From: a candidate division WWE3 bacterium CSP1-7
Lineage (GTDB): Bacteria > Patescibacteriota > WWE3 > 9FT-COMBO-53-11
Direction: 5' to 3'
Length of the DNA stretch: 64,000 nt
Assembly (NCBI GenBank): GCA_001443395.1
Contig: LDXK01000001.1
Span: 158,313 to 222,312, forward strand
Made by a program: the position numbers and the translations under genes
Part shown: piece after piece, positions 1 to 9,080 of the stretch
How positions within the stretch are numbered: position 1 is the first letter of the stretch
Layout of the letters: each line of letters starts with the position of its first letter
Notes under the pieces: model-generated
The model's database searches: none
What the model saw: only the letters and a program-made list of their open reading frames with translations
Told to the model about the DNA's origin: nothing

Positions 1-335
1 CCCCCCCGGGGCAAACCGGTGGTCTTGGGGGTCCCTCCGGTTGAACCACTGCTGAAGACGATCGATTCCGGACTTTCTCCCTTGCGCATACGATCGCGTA
101 GACGGTAATCTCTGATGTAGCTTGGAGTAATTGGAGGAACGAACTGCCGAAAGTCTTCAATACTTCGAACAGAATCAGGGTCGATTCCGTGTCGGCGCAG
201 GAAATCCTGGTAGGCCGAGCTTTTCCGAGCCAGTTCATGAAAGGCTTTAAGCGCGTTTCTCTCCGCAACTCGCTGGAGAATCTTAACCTGCAAATTCTCC
301 GGCAACATTCCCAAAACCATGTCTCGCAATGCCAT
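1..335 (-). CDS. Phenylacetate-CoA ligase-like (ANL superfamily) protein, 5' part only (runs off window)
   Basis: Not in ORF track; manual translation MALRDMVLGMLPENLQ...AYQDFLRRHGIDPDSVRSIEDF...IVFSSGSTGG shows the adenylation SSGSTG loop; AGGAGG RBS upstream. Confidence 0.7.
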   Translation of the reverse strand, partial: MALRDMVLGMLPENLQVKILQRVAERNALKAFHELARKSSAYQDFLRRHGIDPDSVRSIEDFRQFVPPITPSYIRDYRLRDRMRKGESPESIVFSSGSTGGTPKTTGLPRG

Positions 336-444
336 TTGAACTCTCCTCCTCTATTCGTTTGTTCGTTTGTGACTTAAATTATACAGGGCGGAAAAAACTA
401 CTTATGAATTTGACGCTGGATAATCCGGGATTGGAAAGATACGG

Positions 445-936
445 CTAACCAGATTTCAACTCCTTGATCTTTTCGATCCGCTTCTCGGAATCCCCTTCTT
501 TCTCCTCCGGCGCGCCGGAAACTTTCGAGCCGACTCCCGAAAACGCGCCCTTCACGATATAGAGAAGAATCGCCGGCACGGCCGCCATTCCGGCGTAGGC
601 GACGGAGAGGGTGTACTGGACCGGAACCAGCTTCACTCCAACCGCCAGCTGCTGGATCGCGTAAAGCTGGGCGAGCACCGCCGCTGCGAAAAGGAGCGTC
701 GCTTTGAGAAAATACTGCTTCTCAATCAGCGAAGCGATCAGGAGCGTGAAGATTAGGAATCCCAGCGCCCGGACCCCGATCGCCACCGCCGTCAGTGGGT
801 AGACCGAAAGATAAGACGGCGAGAGAAAAACGAGCTGGTTGGCGAGCTGCAGCTGCACCGGACCAGCAAAAGATTCCAGCACCGAAGAAAGGATCAAAAG
901 CGCAATGGCGGCAACGACCCAATATTCCTTATTCAT
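445..936 (-). CDS. Hypothetical 4-TM membrane protein
   Basis: 163 aa, hydrophobic segments, charged tail. Confidence 0.7.
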   Translation of the reverse strand: MNKEYWVVAAIALLILSSVLESFAGPVQLQLANQLVFLSPSYLSVYPLTAVAIGVRALGFLIFTLLIASLIEKQYFLKATLLFAAAVLAQLYAIQQLAVGVKLVPVQYTLSVAYAGMAAVPAILLYIVKGAFSGVGSKVSGAPEEKEGDSEKRIEKIKELKSG

Positions 937-1048
937 TTTCGAGGAAATTATAGCGAAAATGAAGAGGAGAGGCTTTCTTATTTCTTGTTACACTCTTAAT
1001 TAGGTTGCGTTGATTAGTCTAATCAACCAACAAAGGTGGTGATATAAA

Positions 1049-1210
1049 TTGCTCCGAAACATAGGAACGCCAGAAATAATTCTGCTTTCCGTAGTTTTAC
1101 TCCTGCTCTTTGGGTCAAGGAAGATCCCCGAGTTCGCTCGAGGCCTGGGACAATCCGTTAGAGAGATTCGTCGCAGCTTCCGCGGTACCAAAAAAGAGGA
1201 GCAAGCTTAG
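1049..1210 (+). CDS. tatA: Twin-arginine translocase TatA/E subunit (copy 1)
   Basis: Below ORF-track cutoff; TTG start, MLRNIGTPEIILLSVVLLLLFGSRKIPEFARGLGQSVREIRRSF: TM helix, FG hinge, amphipathic helix; GGTGGTG RBS. Confidence 0.9.
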   Translation: MLRNIGTPEIILLSVVLLLLFGSRKIPEFARGLGQSVREIRRSFRGTKKEEQA

Positions 1211-1234
1211 CTTGAAACTTGGAATCCGAAACAG

Positions 1235-2587
1235 ATGAGACATGAAACCCTGATCTCCATTGTGGGGGCTGTCCTAGTCGGCCTGGTTTTTCTGTTCCCC
1301 TCCCCGGCCAGAGCCGACGAGGTTGAGTCCCGCCGCTGCAAGACCGGGGACACCGCCTGCACCATCGGTGAATTCCTGTACGACGACAACTACGTGCCGG
1401 TTCCCCCGGCCAACGCCTCCTGCACCCTGTCCATCGTCGATCCCGCTAGTACTCCTCTAGGCGGGTCGCCGTTCGCGATGAGCGAGGCCGCCGACGGCTG
1501 GTACTTCTACAACTTCGACACCACCGCTCAGGCCGACGGGCTCTACCGCTCGAATATGTGCTGCACCGTCACCGTCCCCACCAGCCAGACCCTTTGCCTG
1601 GACAAGAGCTTCACGGTCGGGGCCTCGTTCAACTCGCTGGCCGATATCGCCATCGCCGTCTGGGGCGGCACCAGCCGTACCCTGACCGACTTCGGCACCC
1701 TCGTCACCGACATCTGGAACAACCTCACCCGCAGTTTGACCACTCGGAACATTGGCCTCGGCGAAAATATCGCCCGCGAGGAGGAACACTGGACGACTCG
1801 CTTCGCGGGAGACGGCGAGGTCCTCGCCGGCCAGACCTACCGAGCTACCATCTGGATTTTGAATTTCGAAACCGAGCTATCCGCCCCCGCCGTCGCGCCG
1901 ACCTACACCATCTACGACTCCATGCTCAATCCAGTCAGCAGCGGAACAATGACGCTCGGCGACACCGCCGGTGTTTACAACCTCTCCTATGCCGTTTCCG
2001 GCTCCGCCACCGGCGGGCGCTGGAAAACAATCGTGAACGTGGACGTCGACGGAGGGGGCAATGATATTCAGGACGGGAGCTACTGGGAGGTAGAGAGCTC
2101 GCCGGCCCAGGTGACTATCAACGCCATCACCGACAACACGATTCCTTCCATCACCGCCAACGTCACCATCAAAAACGAGGGCGGGAGCGGCTACGAGTAC
2201 AAGTACTCCTACTGCGTGGTTAGCACCGAGAACAATCCCTGCGGCGGCGGGAACGATGTTTTCTACAACTCGGGATCCAAGTACCTCAACGCCGGCGAGA
2301 GCTGGATCAAAAACTTCAACGCCACCGTCCCCGACCCCGGCACCTACTGGTTTAAGGTGGTCGTGCAGTGGGGAACGGAAAAATCGGGCGCGACCCAGAT
2401 CTTCACCACCGGTTCGGTCGCCTGCCTGGGCGACTACAACCTCGACGGCTGGGTAAACCTAACCGATTTTTCAATCATGCTGTTCTACTGGAACCAGTAC
2501 AATCCGGCCCACGATCTTTCGGGCGACGGTTATGTCAACCTAACCGACTTCTCCATCCTGCTGTTCCACTGGGGCAAGTGCCCTTGA
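1235..2587 (+). CDS. Secreted Ig-like multidomain protein with C-terminal dockerin
   Basis: Signal peptide ending ARA; duplicated Ca-binding motif GDYNLDGWVNLTDFSIM / DLSGDGYVNLTDFSIL. Confidence 0.8.
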   Translation: MRHETLISIVGAVLVGLVFLFPSPARADEVESRRCKTGDTACTIGEFLYDDNYVPVPPANASCTLSIVDPASTPLGGSPFAMSEAADGWYFYNFDTTAQADGLYRSNMCCTVTVPTSQTLCLDKSFTVGASFNSLADIAIAVWGGTSRTLTDFGTLVTDIWNNLTRSLTTRNIGLGENIAREEEHWTTRFAGDGEVLAGQTYRATIWILNFETELSAPAVAPTYTIYDSMLNPVSSGTMTLGDTAGVYNLSYAVSGSATGGRWKTIVNVDVDGGGNDIQDGSYWEVESSPAQVTINAITDNTIPSITANVTIKNEGGSGYEYKYSYCVVSTENNPCGGGNDVFYNSGSKYLNAGESWIKNFNATVPDPGTYWFKVVVQWGTEKSGATQIFTTGSVACLGDYNLDGWVNLTDFSIMLFYWNQYNPAHDLSGDGYVNLTDFSILLFHWGKCP

Positions 2588-2595
2588 GGCGGGCA

Positions 2596-2624
2596 CAGTG
2601 AATAGTGAATAGTGAATAGAGAAT
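2596..2624 (+). repeat. Heptamer tandem repeat (AGTGAAT)x3-4
   Basis: cagtgaatagtgaatagtgaatagagaat. Confidence 0.7.
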
Positions 2625-2642
2625 GGTTTGGGAACAAGAAAC

Positions 2643-4115
2643 ATGGAAAAAACCAGGAAACTAATTAACCGATTAACTAATAAACTGGTGCTGTTTGCAC
2701 TCACTATCCTATTCCTACTCCTACTAATTACTTCTACCCTCTTCGCCGCGGGCGCAAAGCTCTTCCTCTCTCCGGAAACGGGAACCCAGTACGTCGGGTC
2801 CTATCTCTCGGTGGATGTGCTGGTGAACACCGGCGGTAACCCGACCAACGCCTACCGGGCGGTCGTCACCTACCCCGCCGCCAAGCTGGAAGCGGTCGCG
2901 GTTTCGACCGGCGGTTCCGTCTGCTCACTCTGGATCCCACCGACGCCACGGTACTCCAACGACAGCGGCACGGCCACTTTTGAGTGCGGGGCGACAAAGG
3001 CCTACAAGGGAACTTCCGGGCGGATCGGCCGGATCGATTTCCTCGTCAAGGCGGCGGGAAAGGCGGCGGTCAGCATCTCGGCCGGCGAGGTCAAAAAGGC
3101 CGACGGCATCGGCACGGAGCTCTTGAGTTCCCGGGGCGCCGCCTCCTTTGATCTGCAGGAAACACCGGTGGGAGTACCGGTGATTTCCTCTTCCACCCAC
3201 CCGAACCAGAACGCCTGGTACCGGGAAAAATCGGTCGAACTGGCTTGGACGGCGACCGAGGAAGCGGATGGATTTTCCTATTCCCTCAACCAAAAAGCCG
3301 GCGATACTCCCGACGACATCTCGGAAGGGCCGGCGGCCACCAAAACCTACCAGAACGACGACGGCATCTGGTATTTCCATCTCAAAGCCCGGCAGACGAG
3401 CGGCTGGAGTTTCACCGGCCATTTCCGGATCCAGATCGACAACGCCCCTCCGGAGCCCTTCACGATCGTGGTTGATCCGCCCACGGAGAAAATCACCCGC
3501 GCTCCCCTTCTCTCATTTGCCACCACGGATAAGCTCTCGGGGATCGACCACTACGAGATTGCCATTGACGGGGCGGCTCCGCTGACCACGGCTAGCCCCT
3601 ACCAGTTCGACCGGATCAAGGGCGGGATCCATCCCATCACCGTCCAGGCGATCGACCGGGCCGGCAACAGCCGGGAGGCCAAGGCCACGCTGGATGTGAT
3701 CGGCGTTTCTTCCCCGACGATTACCAGCCCGACGGAAGGGGAAAAGATTCCTTTCCTCTCGCCCTTGACGACAAGAGGCACTTCCTCCCAACCGGGAACG
3801 GTTGAGCTCGCTCTCGACGGCCGGCTCATCGCCGAAGTGAACAGCGGTACCGGAGATTTTGAACACAGCTACAGAAAGATAATCCTCCCCGGCAACCGCA
3901 AGCTGGAGGCAACTCTAATCACGGCGGAAGGAATCGAGAGCGAGCCGGCGACAGTCACTTTTCAGGTGGACCTTAGCCGGGTCTATCTGCTCGGGTTGGT
4001 TCTCCCCGGCTATCCCGTCTACGCCGTCGCTCTGTTGATTTTCGCAGGATTGGCAACTCTCTTCATCCTGAAGATAAAGCGATGGAGGAGATTGCGAAAG
4101 CCGAAACAGATTTGA
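2643..4115 (+). CDS. Cohesin-like domain + Ig/FN3 repeats + C-terminal TM anchor (paralog 1)
   Basis: Signal peptide; LFLSP..VGS..SVDVLVNTGG..NA...V.YP...L cohesin-like pattern; SSTHPNQNAWY module; TM plus basic tail. Confidence 0.75.
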   Translation: MEKTRKLINRLTNKLVLFALTILFLLLLITSTLFAAGAKLFLSPETGTQYVGSYLSVDVLVNTGGNPTNAYRAVVTYPAAKLEAVAVSTGGSVCSLWIPPTPRYSNDSGTATFECGATKAYKGTSGRIGRIDFLVKAAGKAAVSISAGEVKKADGIGTELLSSRGAASFDLQETPVGVPVISSSTHPNQNAWYREKSVELAWTATEEADGFSYSLNQKAGDTPDDISEGPAATKTYQNDDGIWYFHLKARQTSGWSFTGHFRIQIDNAPPEPFTIVVDPPTEKITRAPLLSFATTDKLSGIDHYEIAIDGAAPLTTASPYQFDRIKGGIHPITVQAIDRAGNSREAKATLDVIGVSSPTITSPTEGEKIPFLSPLTTRGTSSQPGTVELALDGRLIAEVNSGTGDFEHSYRKIILPGNRKLEATLITAEGIESEPATVTFQVDLSRVYLLGLVLPGYPVYAVALLIFAGLATLFILKIKRWRRLRKPKQI

Positions 4116-4191
4116 TATAACCGAGTTGCGGATCCGTTCCAAATCATCCCCTGCCGATCGCACCCTGCCGTTTGGAGTTTGCAATATAAAA

Positions 4192-5121
4192 ATGTTCTTG
4201 AAAAAAGCCTTTAGAGCAGTTCTGGTTCTTTATAATCTAGTCTTGATTTCCCTGCTGTTGTTCACCGGAGTGGGGAACACTGGTAATCCCACCGATCGGC
4301 TGCTTCTCCTTCTTCTCTCTCCGATCGCGCTGTATTTCGCCCTCGGTTTCCTGCGGACGCTCGCCCGCCGAAAAATCCTCGCCGGACTGCACAACTTCGC
4401 CTTCACGCTGAGCCTGGCTTCCGCCAGCTTTCTTTTCTTCCTCAATGCCTGGAGCGCCACCATCTCGGCGGATTACCGCTTCGCCCTTCTGGTCCTACCG
4501 CTACCCCTCTACTTCTGGGGAACACTGCTGGGCCGTTTGATCCGAGCACTGCGGTCGCCGGAGGAAATCGGGCCCCAAAAACCAGAACCGGCGGTTTTGC
4601 AAGTACCAAAGGAGACCGCGGATTTCCACGAACACCGAACGGAACCAATTACCCTAGCCGAACCGGCGCTGGCGGAGGCGCCGGAGCCGGAGGAACAGCC
4701 GGTCGGCGATCCCAAGCGACGAGACTTTTTGAAGAAAGTCGGCGGAATCGGGCTGGGCCTCCTGACCTACTCCCTTTTGAATCCCAAGCAGGCCGGAGCG
4801 GCCTTCTTCGGGAGCGTTCCCGGACCGGGAACGGTCGCGGTCAAGGACACCGCCGATGCCAAGATCGATCCGGCGATCAAGGGGCTCCAGTCCGTCACGA
4901 CCCAGTACGGCATCACCGAGATCGATGACGGCGACCCGGCCTACTACGGCTTCGTCAACAAGGACGGCGCCTGGTATATTTTGCAGGAAGATGAAACGAC
5001 CGGAGACTACGCCTACCGCTATGCCTCTCCCACCAACAACCCCACCCTTCCGGATTTCACCGACGCGTGGGACGTCCACGACTCCACCCTCACCTACAAC
5101 TACTTCGACGGCGCCTTCTAA
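4192..5121 (+). CDS. Polytopic membrane protein with internal twin-arginine signal
   Basis: About 4 N-terminal TMs, Pro/Glu linker, then KRRDFLKKVGGIGLGLLTYSLLNPKQAGA and an acidic C-terminal domain. Confidence 0.75.
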   Translation: MFLKKAFRAVLVLYNLVLISLLLFTGVGNTGNPTDRLLLLLLSPIALYFALGFLRTLARRKILAGLHNFAFTLSLASASFLFFLNAWSATISADYRFALLVLPLPLYFWGTLLGRLIRALRSPEEIGPQKPEPAVLQVPKETADFHEHRTEPITLAEPALAEAPEPEEQPVGDPKRRDFLKKVGGIGLGLLTYSLLNPKQAGAAFFGSVPGPGTVAVKDTADAKIDPAIKGLQSVTTQYGITEIDDGDPAYYGFVNKDGAWYILQEDETTGDYAYRYASPTNNPTLPDFTDAWDVHDSTLTYNYFDGAF

Positions 5122-5211
5122 CCCATATTTAAACCCTATTGATTTCTGCTTTCATTTTTTTCTACTATTAGGTTATATGCGAACAGCATACCTGAGAGGA
5201 GGTGATATGTA

Positions 5212-5355
5212 ATGTTGGGTGGAATGGGAACAACGGAATTGGTTTTCCTGTCGGCTTTCCTGTTGATTTTCTTCGGTGGTAAAAAACTTCCCGAGCTCGC
5301 GCGCGGTATTGGCGACTCGGTCCGAGAATTTCGCAGGGCCGTCAAGGAAGCCTAA
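5212..5355 (+). CDS. tatA: Twin-arginine translocase TatA/E subunit (copy 2)
   Basis: Below ORF-track cutoff; MLGGMGTTELVFLSAFLLIFFGGKKLPELARGIGDSVREFRRAVKEA; AGGAGGTG RBS. Confidence 0.92.
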   Translation: MLGGMGTTELVFLSAFLLIFFGGKKLPELARGIGDSVREFRRAVKEA

Positions 5356-5534
5356 GCGGAAGATCCATGAATCCGTGGAATAATTCCGCGACGGTCGCGC
5401 CCTGCCCATTGCCTTTGCCTCGAGAAAACGAAGTAAAGACAACGCGGGTTAGCCTCCAGTAAATTTCGCGCTTGAATTATTCCTAATACGTTTTCCGGAA
5501 GTCCGGTTTCGGACGGGTTTGTTGCACTCTATTG

Positions 5535-5636
5535 GACGCTCCGATCAAAGCATCGGAGCTAACAAATCTTGCCACGTTCGTTTGGACGGCTTCCGCCTTG
5601 AGCGGAAACCTAGTAATATCCGCTTTGCGTCTATTG
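5535..5636 (-). mobile_element. Two tandem family-A double-hairpin elements (5535-5584, 5585-5636)
   Basis: GACG(G)-hairpin-(C)CTA(G/A)-stem-loop; end TTTGCGTCTATTG echoes upstream TTGCACTCTATTG. Confidence 0.7.
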
Positions 5637-5674
5637 TACTGCCTCTCTCTATTAAGGTTTAATAGGGACGGACG

Positions 5675-7486
5675 GTGAGCACATCTATGCGGACCAATTT
5701 CCTCCGGAAAATTAAAAGGGCGTTTCTGCCTTTGGTCGTTCTTGTCGCGCTGGTCCTTTCTCTCGCTCCCCTGCTGCCGGTCCTAGCCGGCAACGCCGTT
5801 CTCTACCTCTCTCCTTCGGGCGGGACTCGCTACGTCGGGTCGAGCTTTGCCGTTTCGGTTCGAATCAACAGCGGCTCGCACACCACCAACGCCTACAAGG
5901 CGGTGGTAAAGTTTCCGACCGCCCTGCTCGCGGCCACCTCGGTTTCGGTGGGCGGTTCCATCTGCACTCTCCAGATCAGCGGCTCCCCCAGCTACTCCAA
6001 CAGCAGTGGTACCGTTAATTTTGAGTGCGGTCACCCCGGCTCTTTCTCGGGAAGCGCCGGGATAATCGGGACCGTTACTTTCCTCGCCCGGGCGGCCGGC
6101 ACCGCTAACCTGACCTTTACCTCCGCCTCCCAAGTGAAGGCGGCCGACGGTTTCGGCACCGAGGTCCTGGGATCCACCAGCGGCGCGATTTTCGACATCC
6201 AGCCGGCGCCGGTGAGCGGGCCGGCCGTTTCCTCCGCCACCCATCCCAACCAGGGTTCCTGGTACGCGCTCAAAGATGTCAGCCTAACTTGGAACCAACC
6301 GGCTGGTTCGGACGGCTTCTCCTACCTGCTCAATCAAAAATCCGGCACCATTCCTGATGGAGTCTCCGAAGGAACCGCAAAGGCCATCGGCTACGAGGGG
6401 CTAGCGGACGGAACCTGGTACTTCCACATCCGCGCCCACGGGGACGGCGGCTGGGGAAACACGACCCACTTCCGGATCCGCATCGACACCACCCCGCCCG
6501 ACCCCTTTGAAGTCACCTCAGAACCGCCGGCCGAGAACATCGATTCCGCACCGCTGATCATCGCCTCCGCCACCGACCGCCCCTCCGGCATTGACCACTA
6601 CGAGATCTCCATCGATGGCGGCGACTTCGTCCCGGTTCCCGGAATGCCGTACCAGTACGAACGGATCCCGGAGGGAACCCACACCCTCACCGTCCGGGCG
6701 GTGGACAGGGCCGGCAACTACCGCGACAGCTCGCTGGTGATCCACGTGATTGATGTTGTAAACCCCCGCATCACCCAACCCGCTAACGGTTCCTACCTCC
6801 CCATCCTGGAACAGCTGGTGATCAAGGGAACGGCACCGGCGGGACTGGTCGAGCTTTACCTCAACGGCGAGCTGATCGCCCAGATCGAGAGCGACGGGAA
6901 CTTTGAGTTCACCCACAGCGCCTTCCTTCGACCGGGCCGGTATAAGCTTACGGCGATAGCGGTCACGGACCGGGGCATCGTCAGCTCCCCCGCCGAAGTC
7001 CAGTTCACGGTGGATCCGCGAGCGGTTAGTCTCTTCGGCCTGAATCTCCCCGGCTGGCTGGTCTACAGCTTCCTGCTGGGGATCATCATCTTGCTCCTCA
7101 TCCTCCTGATCCGCTATCTCCGCAAGGCCGCCGGCTTTGACGAGCACGTCCGCCAGGACCTGGATCGGATCGAGGAGGAAGAGAAGAGGGACTTTGAACA
7201 GGCCGAGAAGGAAATGGAGCGGGCGGTCGAGGGAACGCTCGCCGGCCTGACCGAATCCCAGGTCCACCAGCTCGAACACGAGTTGGAGGAGAAGATCAGG
7301 GAATCCGAGGGGGAGGCTCGCGAGAAGCTGGAGGGAGAACTAGACCGGATCCGCCGCCATCACCCGCTGGCGGGGCGGAAATTCCGGTTTCCCCGGATTA
7401 AAATTCCCCGCTTCTTCCTCATCTTTTGGGAGAGGCGAAAGAAGAAAAAAGGAGAGAAAAAAAGAGGAACCTACAGGAGATATTGA
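5675..7486 (+). CDS. Cohesin-like domain + Ig/FN3 repeats + TM + cytoplasmic coiled coil (paralog 2)
   Basis: Collinear with 2643-4115 (LYLSP..YVGS, TNAYKAVV, SSATHPNQGSWY, SGIDHYEISIDG, AVDRAGN). Confidence 0.75.
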   Translation: MSTSMRTNFLRKIKRAFLPLVVLVALVLSLAPLLPVLAGNAVLYLSPSGGTRYVGSSFAVSVRINSGSHTTNAYKAVVKFPTALLAATSVSVGGSICTLQISGSPSYSNSSGTVNFECGHPGSFSGSAGIIGTVTFLARAAGTANLTFTSASQVKAADGFGTEVLGSTSGAIFDIQPAPVSGPAVSSATHPNQGSWYALKDVSLTWNQPAGSDGFSYLLNQKSGTIPDGVSEGTAKAIGYEGLADGTWYFHIRAHGDGGWGNTTHFRIRIDTTPPDPFEVTSEPPAENIDSAPLIIASATDRPSGIDHYEISIDGGDFVPVPGMPYQYERIPEGTHTLTVRAVDRAGNYRDSSLVIHVIDVVNPRITQPANGSYLPILEQLVIKGTAPAGLVELYLNGELIAQIESDGNFEFTHSAFLRPGRYKLTAIAVTDRGIVSSPAEVQFTVDPRAVSLFGLNLPGWLVYSFLLGIIILLLILLIRYLRKAAGFDEHVRQDLDRIEEEEKRDFEQAEKEMERAVEGTLAGLTESQVHQLEHELEEKIRESEGEAREKLEGELDRIRRHHPLAGRKFRFPRIKIPRFFLIFWERRKKKKGEKKRGTYRRY

Positions 7487-7510
7487 GAAAAGGGGGGTAG
7501 GGTTTAGGGT

Positions 7511-7552
7511 CTAGAAAGAAGGAGCCAACTCAGTTAGAAGTTGGGACAATTG
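7511..7552 (-). repeat. Displaced second copy of hrcA 3' end (QLSQLLTELAPSF*)
   Basis: 42 nt matching 7588-7629 with 8 differences, all at third codon positions. Confidence 0.9.
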
Positions 7553-7629
7553 GACGGCTCGCTTCGCGAACCTAGCATTTATCCCAACTAGAAGGATGGG
7601 GCTAATTCAGTTAGGAGTTGGGATAAATG
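7553..7629 (-). mobile_element. Family-A element supplying the current hrcA 3' end
   Basis: GACGG-CTCGCTTCGCGAA-CCTAG followed by 14-bp inverted repeat 7576-7589 / 7616-7629. Confidence 0.8.
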
Positions 7630-8316
7630 TCTAACCTGTGGGACAACCACTGGATAGTTGAGGCGGGCCGGCCCCAAAACCGCGACCACTCCCCCTTTCT
7701 GCCCGTTGCCCCAGTGAGAAAAAACCAAACCGACCGGCTCCAGGTTCGCCACTCCCAGCTCCCTCCCAATCAGAACCGTGACCGCTTTGGGATCGGAGGC
7801 GCGGGAAAAGAGATCCTGCAGGAGATCAAAACTGTCCAAAAGGTTCAGCGCCGCTCGGGTCACGTTGATATCAAAGAATTCAGGATGCTCCAAGACGTTT
7901 TTCGTGCCGGCGTGGAAAACCGTTCCTTCATGTGTGGTGACAATGCCGATGTAGCCGGCGGCTTCCGCCAGGGCCAGGGCCGCTTCCCGCAGCATCCGCC
8001 CGGAACTCTGCCGGTACTGAAAAAGGCGCTGTTTCAGCGCCACTTCCTGCAAAACCGGAATCGCCTGCTCCTGCATTAATGAGGTCAGGAAATAGCGTAG
8101 CCCCAACTCGGAGGGGCGGCGGCCGGCGGAAGAGTGTTCCTTTTCGATAAATCCCTCCCGATGCAGGATCGCCATCTCGTTCCGCACCGTCGCCGGCGAG
8201 AAAGCAAACTGGCGCTTTTCGGTCAGATCCTCCGAACCGATCGGCTGGGCACCGGCAATAAATTCCTCAATGATTGCTTTCAAAATGTCGACCTGTCTCG
8301 CAGTGAGTTCCGCCAT
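7588..8316 (-). CDS. hrcA: Heat-inducible transcription repressor HrcA (short form)
   Basis: LTARQ..IL.AII....PIGS, SPATVRNEM, HSSAGRRPS, VLGPARLNY. Confidence 0.92.
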   Translation of the reverse strand: MAELTARQVDILKAIIEEFIAGAQPIGSEDLTEKRQFAFSPATVRNEMAILHREGFIEKEHSSAGRRPSELGLRYFLTSLMQEQAIPVLQEVALKQRLFQYRQSSGRMLREAALALAEAAGYIGIVTTHEGTVFHAGTKNVLEHPEFFDINVTRAALNLLDSFDLLQDLFSRASDPKAVTVLIGRELGVANLEPVGLVFSHWGNGQKGGVVAVLGPARLNYPVVVPQVRHLSQLLTELAPSF

Positions 8317-8320
8317 GTTG

Positions 8321-8347
8321 TTAGCATTTTAACCAAATGATTGATAA
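8321..8347. promoter_or_regulatory. CIRCE-like operator upstream of hrcA
   Basis: TTAGCATTT-N9-GATTGATAA, 14/18 to TTAGCACTC-N9-GAGTGCTAA, overlapping a TAAAAT -10. Confidence 0.6.
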
Positions 8348-8364
8348 AAAAGCAAAAATAAACA

Positions 8365-8399
8365 AACCCGAAGGGTTAAAATCCGCAACCCTTCGGGTT
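8365..8399. terminator. Perfect 13-bp inverted repeat, probable terminator
   Basis: AACCCGAAGGGTT-N9-AACCCTTCGGGTT downstream of the methyltransferase gene. Confidence 0.55.
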
Positions 8400-8413
8400 A
8401 GAACGCTCATTCA

Positions 8414-9004
8414 TCAACGTCGGGCAAAGAGATCCAAGAAAACGACATGGCTAGGAACTTCGGACAGAAGAAGTACTTCGAATCCGGCTTCTCGCGCCAA
8501 TCGCGCCAACTCCTCAGCGTGGTAGTAGGCGGAGAAAGTCCCTTTCTCGTTGAACCCCTGCCCTTCTCCCTCCTTCACACTCAGGTAGAGGAAGCCGCCG
8601 GGAGATAGGACTCGGTGGATCTCCCGCATCGTCGCCAGTGCTTCCCGGTGCGGAATGTGCAAGAAGGAAGCACACGCCCAGGCCCCATGAAATGATCCGG
8701 CCGCAAATCCTAACCGGCGGATGTCCATCTGGACAAACCGGGCCCGCGGGACCAGGCTCTGGGCGATGTCGAGGAGTTCGGACGAGAGATCTACTCCCGT
8801 CACCTCACAACCCATCTCCCTAAAAGACTTCGCGTCCCGGCCGGGTCCGCAGCCTAGATCCAACACGCGCGTCCCGACCAAGTTCGTCGAAAAGAGCTCG
8901 CGCTGCCGAGCCATCACGGAGGAATCCAACCAATGGGAGGCGTATTCCTCGGCAGACTCGTCGTAGCGCCGGATGGTTTCAGCCACCGGATCGGACAGTG
9001 CCAT
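8414..9004 (-). CDS. Class I SAM-dependent methyltransferase
   Basis: VLDLGCGPG, GVDLS, WACASFLH. Confidence 0.9.
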   Translation of the reverse strand: MALSDPVAETIRRYDESAEEYASHWLDSSVMARQRELFSTNLVGTRVLDLGCGPGRDAKSFREMGCEVTGVDLSSELLDIAQSLVPRARFVQMDIRRLGFAAGSFHGAWACASFLHIPHREALATMREIHRVLSPGGFLYLSVKEGEGQGFNEKGTFSAYYHAEELARLAREAGFEVLLLSEVPSHVVFLDLFARR

Positions 9005-9080
9005 GATGGTCTCCTCTCCTTCATCAAGGACAACAAATCCAGCATAGATTAGTTTCGAAAAAAAGCAAGGGAGATCGCGG

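Noticed and set aside
7553-7629. Known ribozyme or group I/II intron explanation for family A
   Set aside because: No hammerhead, twister or domain V motifs; too short; occurs in both orientations relative to mRNA
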